DNA of 64,000 nt, from NCBI GenBank assembly GCA_964016885.1, contig OZ024742.1, forward strand, positions 350,176,001-350,240,000, written 5' to 3'. The notes below the pieces were generated by a model. The model was not told the DNA's origin, searched no databases, and was given only the letters and a program-made list of their open reading frames with translations. The position numbers and the translations under genes are program-made. Of this stretch, positions 26,407 through 44,181 are shown in pieces. The stretch is from Eledone cirrhosa. Its lineage: Eukaryota. The number at the start of each line of letters is the position of its first letter. The stretch's first letter is position 1.

Positions 26407-27010
26407 CAGTAGCATCTTTCTGATATAGCGTAATAAATATGTGACCGGAGTTGTATATTGAATCATATGCGAAATCTTCATATATAATAAACACCTCTGT
26501 AGTTTCGCTATGAATTTTTAAAGCTATTCTTACCAACAGAGAGAAACTTGATGGTTCTGTTTCTGGTGCTTTAGCCGTCATCAAAGAGGCTTACTATTTT
26601 GGTTACTGAGACAAAATATGTTATAATGTTTATGCTTATGAACATCGGCTGATGAAGCTGATTTGCATACAGTAAAAAGATGGTGGCCTTGAATTGATAA
26701 GGAATAGTAATACTCTGGCATAGCTTAATTATGACGTGACCGGTGATGTATATTGAGTCACATACGAAAAGTTCATGCAGAATACAAACTATGAGCTTTT
26801 AGCTTATATCGTCCTAGAAACCAAAGGGGAAAGCCTTACTGACTAGGGTTAAAGTACCAGAAACGGTACCACCAGGGTGCTCTCCCTTTGTTGTTAAACT
26901 TATCAGTGATATGGTCACACCTTTTGAAATTCATAGCGAGGCTACAATGATGTTTATTATACTTGAAAATTTCATATATGATTTAATATACAACATCAGT
27001 ATTATAGAAA
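26405..27010. mobile_element. Old diverged fold-back insert with decayed HHR-like motifs
   Basis: 26437-26523 is inverted at 26920-27000 and repeated directly near 26735; TGATGA..GAAA remnants near 26560-26590 (-), 26649 and 26839. Confidence 0.45.
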
Positions 27011-27654
27011 TATGGGTGGATTCAAACCGTTTACTAATAAAACAGCAAATCCACTGTTTATTACATTATAAATCTTTCTGTGATGGAGTCGTTTTAATTT
27101 ATTATATTTTTACACAGAAGTCTGAAAGATTTGGGGACAAGGTCATAGCTTTTGACCTTACTCTCATGGTAATGACATAAATATATAACAGATTTGAAAA
27201 TTCTATCGAATAAACATAGATATCTCTAATATATTTTACATTGAATGCAGCCTATATCACATACGAATATAATTGATAAATACATAAATAAATAATTAAT
27301 CCATGTCTACATTTAGGTTGAAAATAAACGAAAAAATACAAGAAAATAAAAAAAAATAAAAATAGGTAGTCCTATCATGATTGAAGAAAACAACCCAATG
27401 AATAAATAAATGAGGAAAAAATCGTTTTTATTTGAAAATATTTACTTATAGTAAGAATTCTGATAGAGCAGGGTTTGATTAATTAAAAAAACAGATGAGA
27501 GATCCGTGTAGCTAATTTATAAAACCAAACGAGTTTGAAAAAAGCAGCGAAGGAAAGACATTTCGAGAACATCAACAGAAATGATAATAAGACAGAACTG
27601 TAGAAAGACTACTCCACAATACACGTCTGATAGAACAAAAGTAGCATTACACAT

Positions 27655-27900
27655 ACACACTCTCATGTGGGCACACACACAAACACACTCTCATGTGGAC
27701 ACACATACATACTCTCATGTGGACACACACACATACTCTCATGTGGACACAAACACACACTCTCATGTGGACACACATACCTATTCCCATGTGGACACAC
27801 ACACACTCTCATGTGGACACACACACTCTCATGTGGACACGCACACACACTCTCATGTGGACACACACACACACTCTCATGTGGTCACATACACATGATG
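27655..27900. repeat. ~20-24-bp minisatellite (acacactctcatgtggac)n
   Basis: About 10 copies built on a CA microsatellite. Confidence 0.9.
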
Positions 27901-28193
27901 TACACACTAGTACACACACACACATGCTGTACACTCTAGTACACACACACACACACATGCTACACATGCATAAAATAATGACACAGGTGGGCACACACAC
28001 ACACATACCCACGCGCACATAGCAACTCACACATACACACATACAAACACACACACACACACATACAAACTGTCTTACTGCTGAGAGGGAATATTAAAGA
28101 ATTCTAAATATGAAAGGAAAATCATAGATTCACCACGTTTTATCTGGTATGTAATTTCTCACAAATAATAAGTGTGTATATATATACATATAT

Positions 28194-28289
<96 letters not shown>

Positions 28290-28291
<2 letters not shown>

Positions 28292-28643
28292 ATAATATTA
28301 ATAAATGGAAACTATCTTTGTAAAACCATATTTAGTGGATTGTCAGTGACGGTAGAGGGTCGACCGTCATGCTTTGCAGCACAGTTACGTCCTTTTACGG
28401 ACTGAGTTCAAATCCCGCCGAGGTTAACTTTGCCTTTCAGCCTTACGGGGTCGATAAAATAAAGTACCAGTAATGCACTGGTGAATTGCTGGCCTTGTGC
28501 CTAAAGTAGAAACAATTATATTATATATATTTCAAGGGTACCAAAATGTTGGTACGTTCTCATGAGATAAAATAAAAAAATTGGTTTACTGATAGTGACA
28601 TATTCAGATAAGAACTTAATGTTGTGAGTTCTATTTGAAACTA
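28290..28643 (-). mobile_element. Family H insert interrupted by a SINE (28335-28518, +)
   Basis: Flanks match 7725-7836 and 20236-20338 in reverse; full SINE core inside. Confidence 0.7.
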
Positions 28644-28718
<75 letters not shown>

Positions 28719-28945
28719 TATATTTCGTTTCTGAATTTGTTTAGCAAGATTCTTTATCTGAAATCGTGTGTTGAAACCGATATTGTTATACTTTGGGAGG
28801 GTCATGTTGCCAATAAGAAACACACGCACCAGTTGCTTTCACTTCAATTTATTATATATTTATAAATTTATAAATTTACAAATCTACAAACTTATAAATT
28901 TCTGGTTGGTTGGTTGGTTCCACAACCAGATAGTGGTTTATATAT

Positions 28946-28990
28946 AGTCATAGTCCTTTCGTCACACACTCTGTGACCTCTTCAGTGACT
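28946..28990 (-). ncRNA. PLE1 terminal-repeat hammerhead ribozyme
   Basis: Reverse complement of the 31909-31953 motif. Confidence 0.8.
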
Positions 28991-29220
28991 GGGGATTCCT
29001 TTCTTTGTTTCTGTGCCTTTCCTTTCTTCTATCCTACGCCATTTTGTTTCTGTGTGTGTGTTGTGTGCTCAGTTTGCGCATGCGCCACATCCGGGTGTCT
29101 GTGTGTGTTTGTGTTCATTTATCTATTTGTTTATTTATTTATTTATTTATTGTTGGTTGGTTGTTTGTTCTATGTGTGTGTGTGTTTTCATTTTGTCCTG
29201 TGTGTGTTTTCATTTTGTCC

Positions 29221-30740
29221 TTAATTGTAAGTTGTGATGTTGCTGTTCCACTCATATTTTCTATTTAATTTTGGTTGTAATTCTTTTATGCTTACTGCCT
29301 CTGTAATTTGCCTAAACATTGCATCTTTTCTGTGTGTGGATTCTATTTTTATTTCTATGTTCTCTAATCTACCCCTGTGTTCTATCTTAGCATGTTGGTA
29401 GAGCATAGATGATTCTTTATTATCTTGAAGGTCTCGCCAGTGTTCATTTATTCGTTCCCCTATACTACGAACTGTCTCACCTATGTACACTATATTTTTG
29501 TTTCTACATTGTCCTTCAGTACATCTTATGCTATACACTACATTTCTAGTTTTACAGTTAATATGGGGGCTTATTTTACAGGTTATACATTTCTTATCTA
29601 TACATGAGGGTCTTTGGAACGGGTATGTCTTGCTAATAAGTGTTTTACGGAGGTACCTGGTCTTTCTACTATCTTAATATTGAGTTTATGTTTATTTAGG
29701 GCCCTTCTAAATTTGTAGGCTAGTTCGCCTATAGGGGTTGTATTGATGAACATTACACTCTGGTATTTATTGCTATCATACCATGAGTTTATTCTATTGG
29801 CCTTGTTCCTAGTTCTTTCTATTCTATTCCAAAATTTGCTCCTATACAAGGGGCAGGTCCCATTTATGTCATTATTTACCATTTTTTCCCATTTGGTTCT
29901 GGCTCCTCTATACACTCTGATTCTATCTCTCTGATTGTAGCCAGAGAACTGCATATGGTGGATGAAGTGTTGTATGTGTCTCTCTAGTTCTTCGGGGTTG
30001 CACATGCGGGACACATTTCTCATCACCCGTAACAAATCCGCAATCAGTATGTTGATTTTGGTATGGTCCGAAATGGCCGAGTTTCGGTGGATCAGATGTT
30101 TGGAAGTCATGGGTTTGGCATAATGGGAATGGAGGATTTGTTTTTGGTTGTTAATGGTATCTAACCAGAGCTCTGTGTCTAGTACAGGTAATCGATGGTT
30201 GGGGTGTCTACTTGGGTAGTCTATAGTAACTCTAATGCTCTGGTGGATGGAGTTTGCTATTTGCTGGATGCTTTCCATTGTGTTTTTCTCTAGTTCCTGA
30301 CTGTTCTTTAGTGGGGGTGTCTTAACTACGATGTTTATATCATCTACGTAGCGGGAGTACATTATCAGGGTTAAGCTGTCTTCTAATTGTTCATTAAGTT
30401 TTTGTTTAAGTCTACTGTCCCACCATACCATGAATAAGTTAGCTATGTCGCCTGCAATGCTAACACCAATGGCTGCTCCTTCCTCTTGGGCATATGTTTT
30501 ACCATTAAATGTGAACATATGTTCCTTAAGGGTTAATTTTATGCTGGCCCCTACCGCATGTGCAATCTTTTTCTTCAGTTCATCGTGGTTTTCGGGTGTC
30601 CGTATGGCTCTGGTCCACCCGTTCCATCTATCTGTGTGGGTTTTCTTGGCCATTGAGGTAATGGTAGGTGGTCTGCCTCTTGCTGGTCTTGTAGGGCACA
30701 GGTTGCTAAGGTCATAAGTGTCTAGGTAACTATTATTACT
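29221..30740 (-). pseudogene. PLE1 RT + GIY-YIG endonuclease, 5'-truncated, one frameshift
   Basis: QEEGAAIG..IANLFMVWWD, SRYVDD, LPVLD, thumb, Cys linker, VYSIRC..VYIGET.RS..ER..EH, RQITEAV, LNRKYEWN. Confidence 0.9.
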
Positions 30741-31678
30741 TAAGCTTACCCATAGTAATAATAGTTACCTAGACACTTATGACCTTAGCAACCTGTGCCC
30801 TACAAGACCAGCAAGAGGCAGACCACCTACCATTACCTCAATGGCCAAGAAAACCCACACAGATAGATGGAACGGGTGGACCAGAGCCATACCTAGCAAC
30901 CCCGAAGAACTAGAGAGACACATACAACACTTCATCCACCGTATGCAGTTCTCTGGCTACAATCAGAGAGATAGAATCAGAGTGTATAGAGGAGCCAGAA
31001 CCAAATGGGAAAAAATGGTAAATAATGACATAAATGGGACCTGCCCCTTGTATAGGAGCAAATTTTGGAATAGAATAGAAAGAACTAGGAACAAGGCCAA
31101 TAGAATAAACTCATGGTATGATAGCAATAAATACCAGAGTGTAATGTTCATCAATACAACCCCTATAGGCGAACTAGCCTACAAATTTAGAAGGGCCCTA
31201 AATAAACATAAACTCAATATTAAGATAGTAGAAAGACCAGGTACCTCCGTAAAAACACTTATTAGCAAGACATACCCGTTCCAAAGACCCTCATGTATAG
31301 ATAAGAAATGTATAACCTGTAAAAATAAGCCCCCATATTAACTGTAAAACTAGAAATGTAGTGTATAGCATAAGATGTACTGAAGGACAATGTAGAAACA
31401 AAAATATAGTGTACATAGGTGAGACAGTTCGTAGTATAGGGGAACGAATAAATGAACACTGGCGAGACCTTCAAGATAATAAAGAATCATCTATGCTCTA
31501 CCAACATGCTAAGATAGAACACAGGGGTAGATTAGAGAACATAGAAATAAAAATAGAATCCACACACAGAAAAGATGCAATGTTTAGGCAAATTACAGAG
31601 GCAGTAAGCATAAAAGAATTACAACCAAAATTAAATAGAAAATATGAGTGGAACAGCAACATCACAACTTACAATTAA
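30741..31678 (+). pseudogene. PLE1 inverted copy lacking the RT catalytic core
   Basis: ORFs 30841-31341 and 31361-31678. TRAI is joined to NPEEL by an in-frame deletion of about 600 bp. Confidence 0.9.
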
Positions 31679-31908
31679 GGACAAAATGAAAACATACACA
31701 GGACAAAATGAAAACAAACACACACATAGAACAAACAACCAACCAACAATAAATAAATAAATAAATAAACAAATAGATAAATGAACACAAACACACACAG
31801 ACACCCGGATGTGGCGCATGCGCAAACTGAACACACAACACACACACAGAAACAAAATGGCGTAGGATAGAAGAAAGGAAAGGCACAGAAACAAAGAAAG
31901 GAATCCCC

Positions 31909-31953
31909 AGTCACTGAAGAGGTCACAGAGTGTGTGACGAAAGGACTATGACT
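31909..31953 (+). ncRNA. PLE1 terminal-repeat hammerhead ribozyme
   Basis: agtca CTGAAGA g gtcaca gagtg tgtgac GAAA ggac TA tgact. Confidence 0.8.
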
Positions 31954-32111
31954 ATATATAAACAACTATCTGGTTGTGGAACCAACCAACCAACCAGAAA
32001 TTTATAAGTTTGTAGATTTGTAAATTTATAAATTTATAAATATATAATAAATTGAAGTGAAAGCAACTGGTGCGTGTGTTTCTTATTGGCAACATGACCC
32101 TCCCAAAGTAT

Positions 32112-32548
<437 letters not shown>

Positions 32549-32621
32549 ATATAATTCAGATAAATATCTATATATATTATACATATATATGCATTAAACC
32601 CACACAGAGATACACCCCCCC

Positions 32622-32655
<34 letters not shown>

Positions 32656-32877
32656 CGCATATAAATAATGATAATAATAACCATAGTAACAAGATAAATA
32701 ATGGTAATAACAATAAGAATAAGAAAATATATGAGAAAGAAATAAAAGAGAGATGAAATATGATAGAAGTAAAACTGCAGGAATTGGGAGGAAAGGTATT
32801 TAGTGAGAAGACTGGCGTCAACAATTTCTTTAGAAATTATAGATTCCTCTATAACAGTGTTACATCTCGTTAGATGT

Positions 32878-34280
32878 TAGCATTGATAACAACAACATTG
32901 ATAACAACAACACTGATAACAACAACATTGATAACAACAACACTGATAACAACAACACTGATAACAACAACATTGATAACAACAACATTGATAACAACAA
33001 CATTGATAACAACAACACTGATAACAACAACATTGATAACAACAACACTGATAACACAACATTGATAACAACAACACTGATAACAACAACATTGATAACA
33101 ACAACACTGATAATAACAACATTTATAACAACAACATTGATAACAACAACATTGATAACAACAACACTGATAACACAACATTGATAACAACAACACTGAT
33201 AACACAGCATTGATAACAACAACACTGATAACAACAACATTGATAACAACAACATTGATAACAACAACATTGATAACAACAACATTGATAACACAACATT
33301 GATAACAACAACATTGATAACAACAACACTGATAACAACAACATTGATAACAACAACACTGATAACACAACATTGATAACAACAACACTGATAACAACAA
33401 CATTGATGACAACAACATTGATAACAACAACATTGATAACAACAACATTGATAACACAACATTGATAACAACAACATTTATAACAACAACACTGATAACA
33501 ACAACATTGATAACAACAACATTGATAACAACAACATTGATAACAACAACATTGTAAACAACAACATTGATAACAACAACATTGATAACACAACATTGAT
33601 AACAACAACACTGATAACAACAACATTGATAACAACAACATTGATAACAACAACATTGATAACAACAACATTGATAACACAACATTGATAACAACAACAT
33701 TTATAACAACAACACTGATAACAACAACATTGATAACAACAACATTGATAACAACAACATTGATAACAACAACATTGATAACACAACATTGATAACAACA
33801 GCATTGATAACAACAACACTGATAACAACAACATTGATAACAACAACACTGATAACACAACATTGATAACAACAACACTGATAACAACAACATTGATGAC
33901 AACAACACTGATAACAACAACATTTATAACAACAACATTGATAACAACAACATTGATAACAACAACATTGATAACAACAACACTGATAATAACAACATTG
34001 ATAACAACAACACTGATAACACAACATTGATAACAACAACACTGATAACAACAACATTGATAACAACAACATTGATAACAACAACACTGATAACAACAAC
34101 ACTGATAACAACAACATTGATAACAACAACATTGACGACAACAACACTGATAACAACAACATTGATAACACAACATTGATAACAACAACATTGATAACAC
34201 CAACATTGACAACAACAATAACAACAACATCAATAACAACAACATCAATAACAACACCAACATTGACAACAACAACAACT
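32878..34280. repeat. 15-bp satellite (ACAACAACAYTGATA)n with 14-bp variants
   Basis: About 1.4 kb of tandem units decaying into (AAC)n. Confidence 0.97.
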
Positions 34281-34562
34281 GCTTCATGCAACTATTACTC
34301 TCTTCTCCACAACTTATGAATATAGATCATAAATTGTTTACTGCTCAATGCAATGTTTCTGTATTCATATATACATACATATATACATACATACATAATA
34401 TATATACATACATATATATATACATATATACATACATATATATATACATATATACATACATACATATATACTTATATATATATGTATATACATACATATA
34501 TACATACATATATACATAAATATATACATACACATATACATACATATATACATACATATATA

Positions 34563-35150
34563 CATGGTGGCTGCCAACTCATTTTCGAGTACGGCCACTA
34601 CTTTATATCCATGTAGGAGAACCCCTTTTTAGTCCAGCCAGCGACTTGAAAACTCTGGTACAAACACTACACCTGTGACAATTATTGACACATAGTGCCA
34701 TGATACCATGGTACCATGTGACGACAAGTGCAGAGAGATCTCCAGATATAAAGCAATGCCTGTGCCGTGAAGCTTTTCTAGTGAGAAAAGGCACTGCACA
34801 AAGCCAGTCCCACTCTCTTAACCAAGGTAATATTTACCAAAAAGAAGAACAAGTCAACATCATTGGATACCATCAGGGTTGCAGGTGTTATATCAGAGTT
34901 TTCCTTCTCCTAGAATTCTGCCTTGACAAAGGCTAAGGGGTCATCTCTCCCGGTGATTTTGGATGGCCATTGACTCTTAAAAGCTCCTTTGCCCTTTGAC
35001 AGGTTTTGTTTTTAGTCCTGCAGGATGTCCAAAGTCACCCTCCTCACCAAGAAACCTTGGTGGGGTTGCCAGTTTAGTCGCCAACGACCCGACCATGAGA
35101 CAGGTTGTACTGGGATACATGTTACCAGTAGCACCAACTGGTGACCTGAC
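34563..35150 (-). mobile_element. Internally deleted RTE-type LINE derivative
   Basis: Minus strand has an RTE-like 5'UTR (taggagaaggaaaactctgat) joined to a terminal zinc-finger remnant ([17 protein letters not shown]); lies between (TACA)n tracts. Confidence 0.55.
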
Positions 35151-35234
35151 ATACATATATACATACATACATATATACATACATATATACTTACATACAT
35201 ATATACATTCATGTACACATACATATATTCATAC

Positions 35235-35335
<101 letters not shown>

Positions 35336-35530
35336 TATGTATATTTTTACATCTTTTACATCTTTTTTATATATATATATATATTTATAAATGGGTTGGT
35401 GGTGGCAAGCATATGGGAGTGTGGGTGTATGAATGCCCAGGTTGTTGACATTCAGTTTAATAAATAACAACAAACAATTACTGATAAATGACGAGTTTCA
35501 CATTGGTGCCTAATTTACCTCCCTCCCCCC

Positions 35531-35665
<135 letters not shown>

Positions 35666-35816
35666 CTAAACATAAGTCAATTGCATGAACTCATAATCCT
35701 TTATTTACTGCTATATAATGACTGTGACCTCATCAGGCAGTTAGTCAGTTCTTAGATATGCCAGTTCTGTGTTTTTGGTGTTGATGGTTTCAGAGGTCTT
35801 GGGACAGATATATATA

Positions 35817-36080
35817 TAAAGAAAACAAGATGAAATCAAAAATGCAACTGGAGTTTCATTTAAAAAAATATATATATATTTATTTGGTTCCTTTACCGGT
35901 TTCGCAGTTCTTCTGCTTTTCAAAAGTAGAGTTGGTAAAGGAACCAAATAAATATATATATATTTTTTTAAAAATAAGACTCCAATTGCATTTTCGATTT
36001 CTCTCTTTTTCTTTATACTTTCACTCGTGTAGGACACCTTGGTTATTTTTCATTTTGTAAAAAAAACCCTCACTTTCTAA
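35817..36080. mobile_element. Family A fold-back insert with intact HHR on minus strand (35891-35926)
   Basis: Reverse complement reads ctt TTGAAAA gcag aagaa ctgc GAAA ccgg TA aag. The plus arm restarts at ggtaaaggaacc. Confidence 0.8.
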
Positions 36081-36140
36081 TATATATATATATATACATA
36101 CGATATTAACAAATGGAAACTATATTTATAAAACCATATT

Positions 36141-36205
36141 TATTTCATTATACATATTTCAAGGACACCAAGTTAAATTATGGTGTGCTTTCATCAGATA
36201 AAATA
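36141..36205 (-). ncRNA. Type I hammerhead ribozyme, family H
   Basis: tattttat CTGATGA aag c acacca..tggtgt c ctt GAAA tatgta TA atgaaata. Stem II differs in sequence from the 7725 copy but still pairs. Confidence 0.75.
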
Positions 36206-36761
36206 TAATATAGATCAGTTTCATAAATAAATATTGACATACCCTTAAAGAATGCATCCATTGCTGTTGGAAGCTCCCGGATAGTGGAGTTGTAGCTTTA
36301 ATTATATATATATATACAAATATACATACAAAAATACATACACACACAAGCACACATACACACATTACGAGGTCGATAAAATAAAGTACCAGTAATGCAC
36401 TGAGTAATTGCTGGCCTGGGTAATTGCTGACACTGTTCGGATCTAGCAGAAAACTACGTCGTAAAAACAACTATAACAATGACAACAACAATATGAAGAT
36501 TAAATACAAGAGCTGATAACCAGGGACACGCTCTGCAAGAAAAACTAATGGTAAGATGGCATAAAGACAGTACTGAGATGGATGTGGCGGCGATCACGGT
36601 TTAAAATACTAACAGCAAGACGTATGTAGGTTACTCAAACATTATACATGTTTCGATATACGTCTCTATTGTGAACAACGCCGTTTTAGTGCGACTGCTA
36701 ATCAGTAATGGCATATTAAACCTGCACTACATACAAATAAACTTCATTTATTATTAGCAGT

Positions 36762-36962
36762 AATCGGTAGAGCGTCGGCATCTTGCTTCGTTGTAGAGAG
36801 TTATGGCCATTTACGTTCTGATTTCAAATCCCGCCGAGGTTAGCTTTGCTTTTCATCCTTACGGGGGTCATCGAAATAAAGTATCAGTAATGCATTGGGA
36901 TCGATTTAATTGACTCTTCATTCTTCCCAAAAGTGTTGGCCTTGTGCTTAAGTCAGAAACGT
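36762..36962 (+). mobile_element. tRNA-type SINE
   Basis: Diverged full copy of the main SINE. Confidence 0.75.
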
Positions 36963-37182
36963 TTAGTTACAAAATTATATTAGAAACTAACCTTCTTGCC
37001 TCCCTACTGAGTTAGTAAACATCTTTGCTGATAGGTTAATTATCTTTAATTACCAGAAGTATTTGACATTCTTACATGGCTATTGAGGTAGACGTGACAT
37101 CAAGATTACAGCTAAATATACTCATAGCCAGATTTAGACCTGTATATTTTACACAAAGGTATATATGTTTTCATTATATGCC

Positions 37183-37264
<82 letters not shown>

Positions 37265-37289
37265 TTTTCTCTCTCTCTCCCTCTCTCTC

Positions 37290-37338
<49 letters not shown>

Positions 37339-37491
37339 ATTCCGATGAGTTGATTAGGCATGCATTTATTTAAAATTAGTGACACAATTTCAAGTGATTA
37401 GCAATTTTTAGACACCCTAATCAATGAAACAATTGTTAATACTGTAAATAAAACCCTTTTTGTACTGTTGACCATGTTATTCTTCACTCTT

Positions 37492-37553
<62 letters not shown>

Positions 37554-37556
<3 letters not shown>

Positions 37557-37715
37557 CGGAGGAGTTGTGGTAAGGGACCAGATGAACCATAACGCACCAG
37601 AGTACTCAATGCTTAGGGTAGTAGAGTGGGTAATAGGAGAAAGTATGACCCTGAATAGTCCAGAAATAGCCGTCGAAACGGCTTGAGCTCTGCCGTCGGG
37701 GTCATACTTTCTCCT
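37554..37715. mobile_element. Family B fold-back insert
   Basis: Minus tail arm plus a plus arm with GAAA cggc..gcc GTC ggggtc; in (TA)n. Confidence 0.8.
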
Positions 37716-38044
37716 ATATATATATATATATAATATTAAGGATACTATTTATGGTTATGTATATAATAACACATTTTATAGTTATATATATTTTAAACCC
37801 TAAACAGTGAAGGTCATTAATTTATTACTACCTTATTACCAGTAAGATAAATAGCTCAATTTAATAACAACAGTTGTTCTACAGAGCAGTTATATAGAAT
37901 TCACAAAAATCAAAGCTATGTTCAAAGCATTTATTCACTTACAATCGTTTCATACAAACCTAGGCTTGGAGTCTTCGGAGCATTTTTCAATGTTTGTACA
38001 CATAATTGACCTTCTTACCAACGCAAGAGACATACAGGATACGC

Positions 38045-39560
38045 AAAACAACTTAGACATAACCATGGGATCATGTGACTCGGCGCAAGTCACTGATTTG
38101 GTGGGCCCATATTTACTAAACGAAATCTATAAGGACCTTCCATACCTCAACGGTGGTTTATACCGCGATGATGCACTTCTCCTTATAGACTATAAAACAT
38201 TTAATATAGAAAGAACTAGAAAACTATTGCACAAGACTTTCAAAAACTATAACCTAAGTATCACCATAAACAAAAACACTAAAAACGTTAACTTACTAGA
38301 TGCCACCCTCTATCTAGACTCTCGGATATATACACCATTCCATAAACCTAACGAAAAACTCATTTACGTAGATACCAAGTCTAACCACCCTAGATCAATA
38401 TTAAACTCTATCTCTAAGAGAATCAATAGAATCTCTAATATAGCTTATGACGAAAACATATTTAACAAAAACTCACAATATTATAATCAGGCATTAGCTA
38501 GAGCAGGCCATAATAATGAGATCGATTTCCTACCTACAAAAGCACATAGTTACAAAATTATTTCGCACAATATGTCTATGGGGAAAATAGTAATAAGAAT
38601 AATAACCACACACACACTAGTATGAAGGGTGGCAACAAACGTAACCCACACTACGGAAGTCACCAAAATACCATAAACGGAAGCATCTCACCAGACATAA
38701 AAAATAAAAATAGAAGAAGAAATAATACATTTTTCAACCCACCTTTCAATCTAAACGTCTCTACCAACCTACCTAAGGCTTTCTTCTCACTCCTGGATAA
38801 AAACTTCCCATCTGGCCACAAGTACCGTAGTCTTATAAACAAAAAAAACACAATTAAAATATCCTACTCTACCACGCCTAACATAGCATACCACATAGCT
38901 AGTAGCAATAAAAGAAAAATTAATACTTACTTCCAACAAACTAAAACACGACAGGGGGTAAACCTTCAAAACAACATTATAACTACAAACCCTGATATCA
39001 ATAGTAATAATAGTAATAGCACTAGCGTAAACAATAACGCTGGGAGCGACAACCTCCATGGCCATAATGCAATAACTAGCAACCAGACTTCTACACAACA
39101 TAATAACCGGCAGGTTAACATCCAAAATAATTGTAACTGTAGATCTAATAGAACCTGCCCTTTAGATAAAAACTGCTTAATCAAGGGCATCATATACTCA
39201 TGCACCGTCATAACTAGCAACTCTTCTGAAATCTATATAGGCTCTACTTTGAACTGCTTCAAAACCAGATACAATTCACACCTCCATTCTTTCAAAAAAC
39301 ACAGTCTAGCCAAATCCACTTCACTATCTAGCTACATACACTATCTAAAAACTAAAAATAGATCTTATACACTTAAATGGGAAGTGGTAGGTAAGGCGGC
39401 ATCGTACAAACCACCTAATAAATTATGTAACCTCTGTCTACTAGAGACCCATACTATAATCTTCTCAAACCATAACCTCCTTAATAAAAAATCGGAAGTG
39501 TTTGCGTCGTGCCAGCACCGCTTCCGGCACCCCTTCCAAAACTTTAAACCCAATATATAA
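38045..39560 (+). pseudogene. PLE2 RT (5'-truncated) + GIY-YIG endonuclease, frameshifted
   Basis: MGSCDSAQVTDLVG, GLYRDD, KPN, SNHP, FNPPF, CNCR..CPL..C, GIIY..YIG, CNLCLLE, LNKKSE..CQH. The YRDD/FNPPF/CNCR pattern is Nematis-type from my recall. Confidence 0.88.
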
Positions 39561-41038
39561 CAATGTCAGACTTGAACCCATCACCACTTCTAACACTACA
39601 CCTCAAGGGCACACCCTCTGATCTACCTCTGATCCACCCTATCTCAACACAAATCATTTCATCTATCTATAACTTTATACCCTAGAAATATCCCCATGAA
39701 CACCTACTTTTAGTATAATTACTTTCAATTACTTATAATTATATAGTGATACAATACAGTCTATGCAAGCTTTAAATACCAGTTTCGACAATGAATTATT
39801 TATGCAATTGCATTTGTATGTATGGAGTGATGACATTGGGTATATATAAGATTAATTTATTAACATAAGAGATCTGTATAACCTATATGTTGAGTGCAAT
39901 GAATTATGTATGAATGGTATGTGAGTTATATATGCAAGTATAACTTGATGGATAGATTAATGACATTGTAAATGATGGATGTTTTTGTCTGCCCTAGAGA
40001 TGTATTTGGCTTTGCCATGCAAACAGCCATACGCTGCTCCAGAACTTACCAGGGGTTATGTAGACATAGTTCTAATAGGTCCCCTGACATGTTCTGTGAG
40101 TAGACTACATTTGCAAAGAACTTTGATATAAAGATATGGCTCTTTGTATGGAATATTCAGTTGTAGCACTCTAAGATAGGGAGTAATCATAGTAATATAA
40201 ATACCTTTAGTACATTATGATAGAGTAGACTATTTAAAATTGGAAACTGAAAATAAATATATAACCGTCTATATAAGGGACTCAATTGAGACACCTTATA
40301 ATGTATGTTAGAACAATGAATTTAGTTATGGAAATCAGCTAGTTACCTCCCCTTACGCATTAACTCCCCTTAATTACACACATACTTCCGGATAATAAAC
40401 CGATGTAAATTCTCGCAGCAGAAACAACCTATTCTATAAAATTGGATTAAAGAACACTGAGCCGCAATAAGCTAAAATAATTTAATTTAATGCATCAAAC
40501 ATCCAATACGGAATCATCGTTAATTATGTGATGGATGTATAAACTATATATTACATTTCCTGTATGTCAAAATGGTGGTGGATACGAAAACCATAACTTT
40601 CTTTTGCGCCTCCTTTTTATTTTTATTTTTCTGCACACATACTTTTTTTATTATATACAAAAAATACCTTACAACCTCCATAATACTCTTACTTACCCGC
40701 TTAAAGTGCTTGTATTACATGTAACACCCTGCCACACAATAATCATATATAAATGAGACACACGTGCATGCCCCACGTGTAACTAACGCATACAATAACT
40801 ACTACATCTGACTAACAAACTATCCTCTTGCATTATCTATGTTAACTGCCGAATGTATTTTAATTTTGTTTTAATTTTGTTTTAACTTTAATTTTGATTT
40901 TGATTTTGAATTTGAATTGCTATACAGAAATAATATAATATAATATATGTCACTCCACTGTACATCAATGTATACATATGTATCTGTATGTCTCTTGCGT
41001 TGGAAAGGAGGTCAATTATGTGTACAAATATTGGAAAA

Positions 41039-41085
41039 TGCTCCGAAGACTCCAAGCCTAGGTTTGGATGAAACAATTGTAAGTG
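41039..41085 (+). ncRNA. PLE2/family E hammerhead-like ribozyme, CCGAAGA core
   Basis: tgct CCGAAGA ct ccaagc ctag gtttgg at GAAA caattg TA agtg; palindromic stem III acaattgt. Confidence 0.7.
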
Positions 41086-41119
41086 AATACATGCTTTGAA
41101 CATAGCTTTGATTCTTGTA

Positions 41120-43709
<2,590 letters not shown>

Positions 43710-43759
43710 TCTTGTCTGATGACCCTGTGATAATCAGGCAAAACTCCAGAGTAACAAGA
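43710..43759 (+). ncRNA. Hammerhead motif with G12A change in an ~85-bp insert between TA tracts
   Basis: tcttgt CTGATGA c cctg tgataat cagg c AAAA ctc ca gag TA acaaga. Confidence 0.7.
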
Positions 43760-44181
43760 CTCACTATTCAGCCTTAATAAAATGATTATATATATATCAG
43801 AGCATCGGTGTTCATATATCGACTTCGAAAGAGTGACATTTTTTGTCGTGAAGAAAATCGAAACTTTGTACCTGTCGTGTAGGGCAGAGTCCTGAACACT
43901 CATTACTGCGGGTCCTGTCAGAAACAACTGTCGCCAAGTGATCAGGCTGAGGCCCCAAGCGTGACCAGCCATGCTCATGGATATTATCCAACCATCTTGC
44001 TCGGGGTTTACACCTGGGTCTCTTGCCTGTTGATTTTGACCTAAAATCTATCCAGCTTCGCTTTAATTCAAGTCAGATTGGAAACGGCAGTTCCAAGTTG
44101 ATTCATACTTATTTATAAGAAGCTATAAAAGATACGCACACTTCCACAAGCAAACTAACACTCACATTGGTATATATATAT

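Noticed and set aside
32860-34291. Cys-rich CCCYQ ORFs resembling metallothionein or keratin-associated proteins
   Set aside because: Product of a 15-bp satellite; 14-bp units shift the frame repeatedly.
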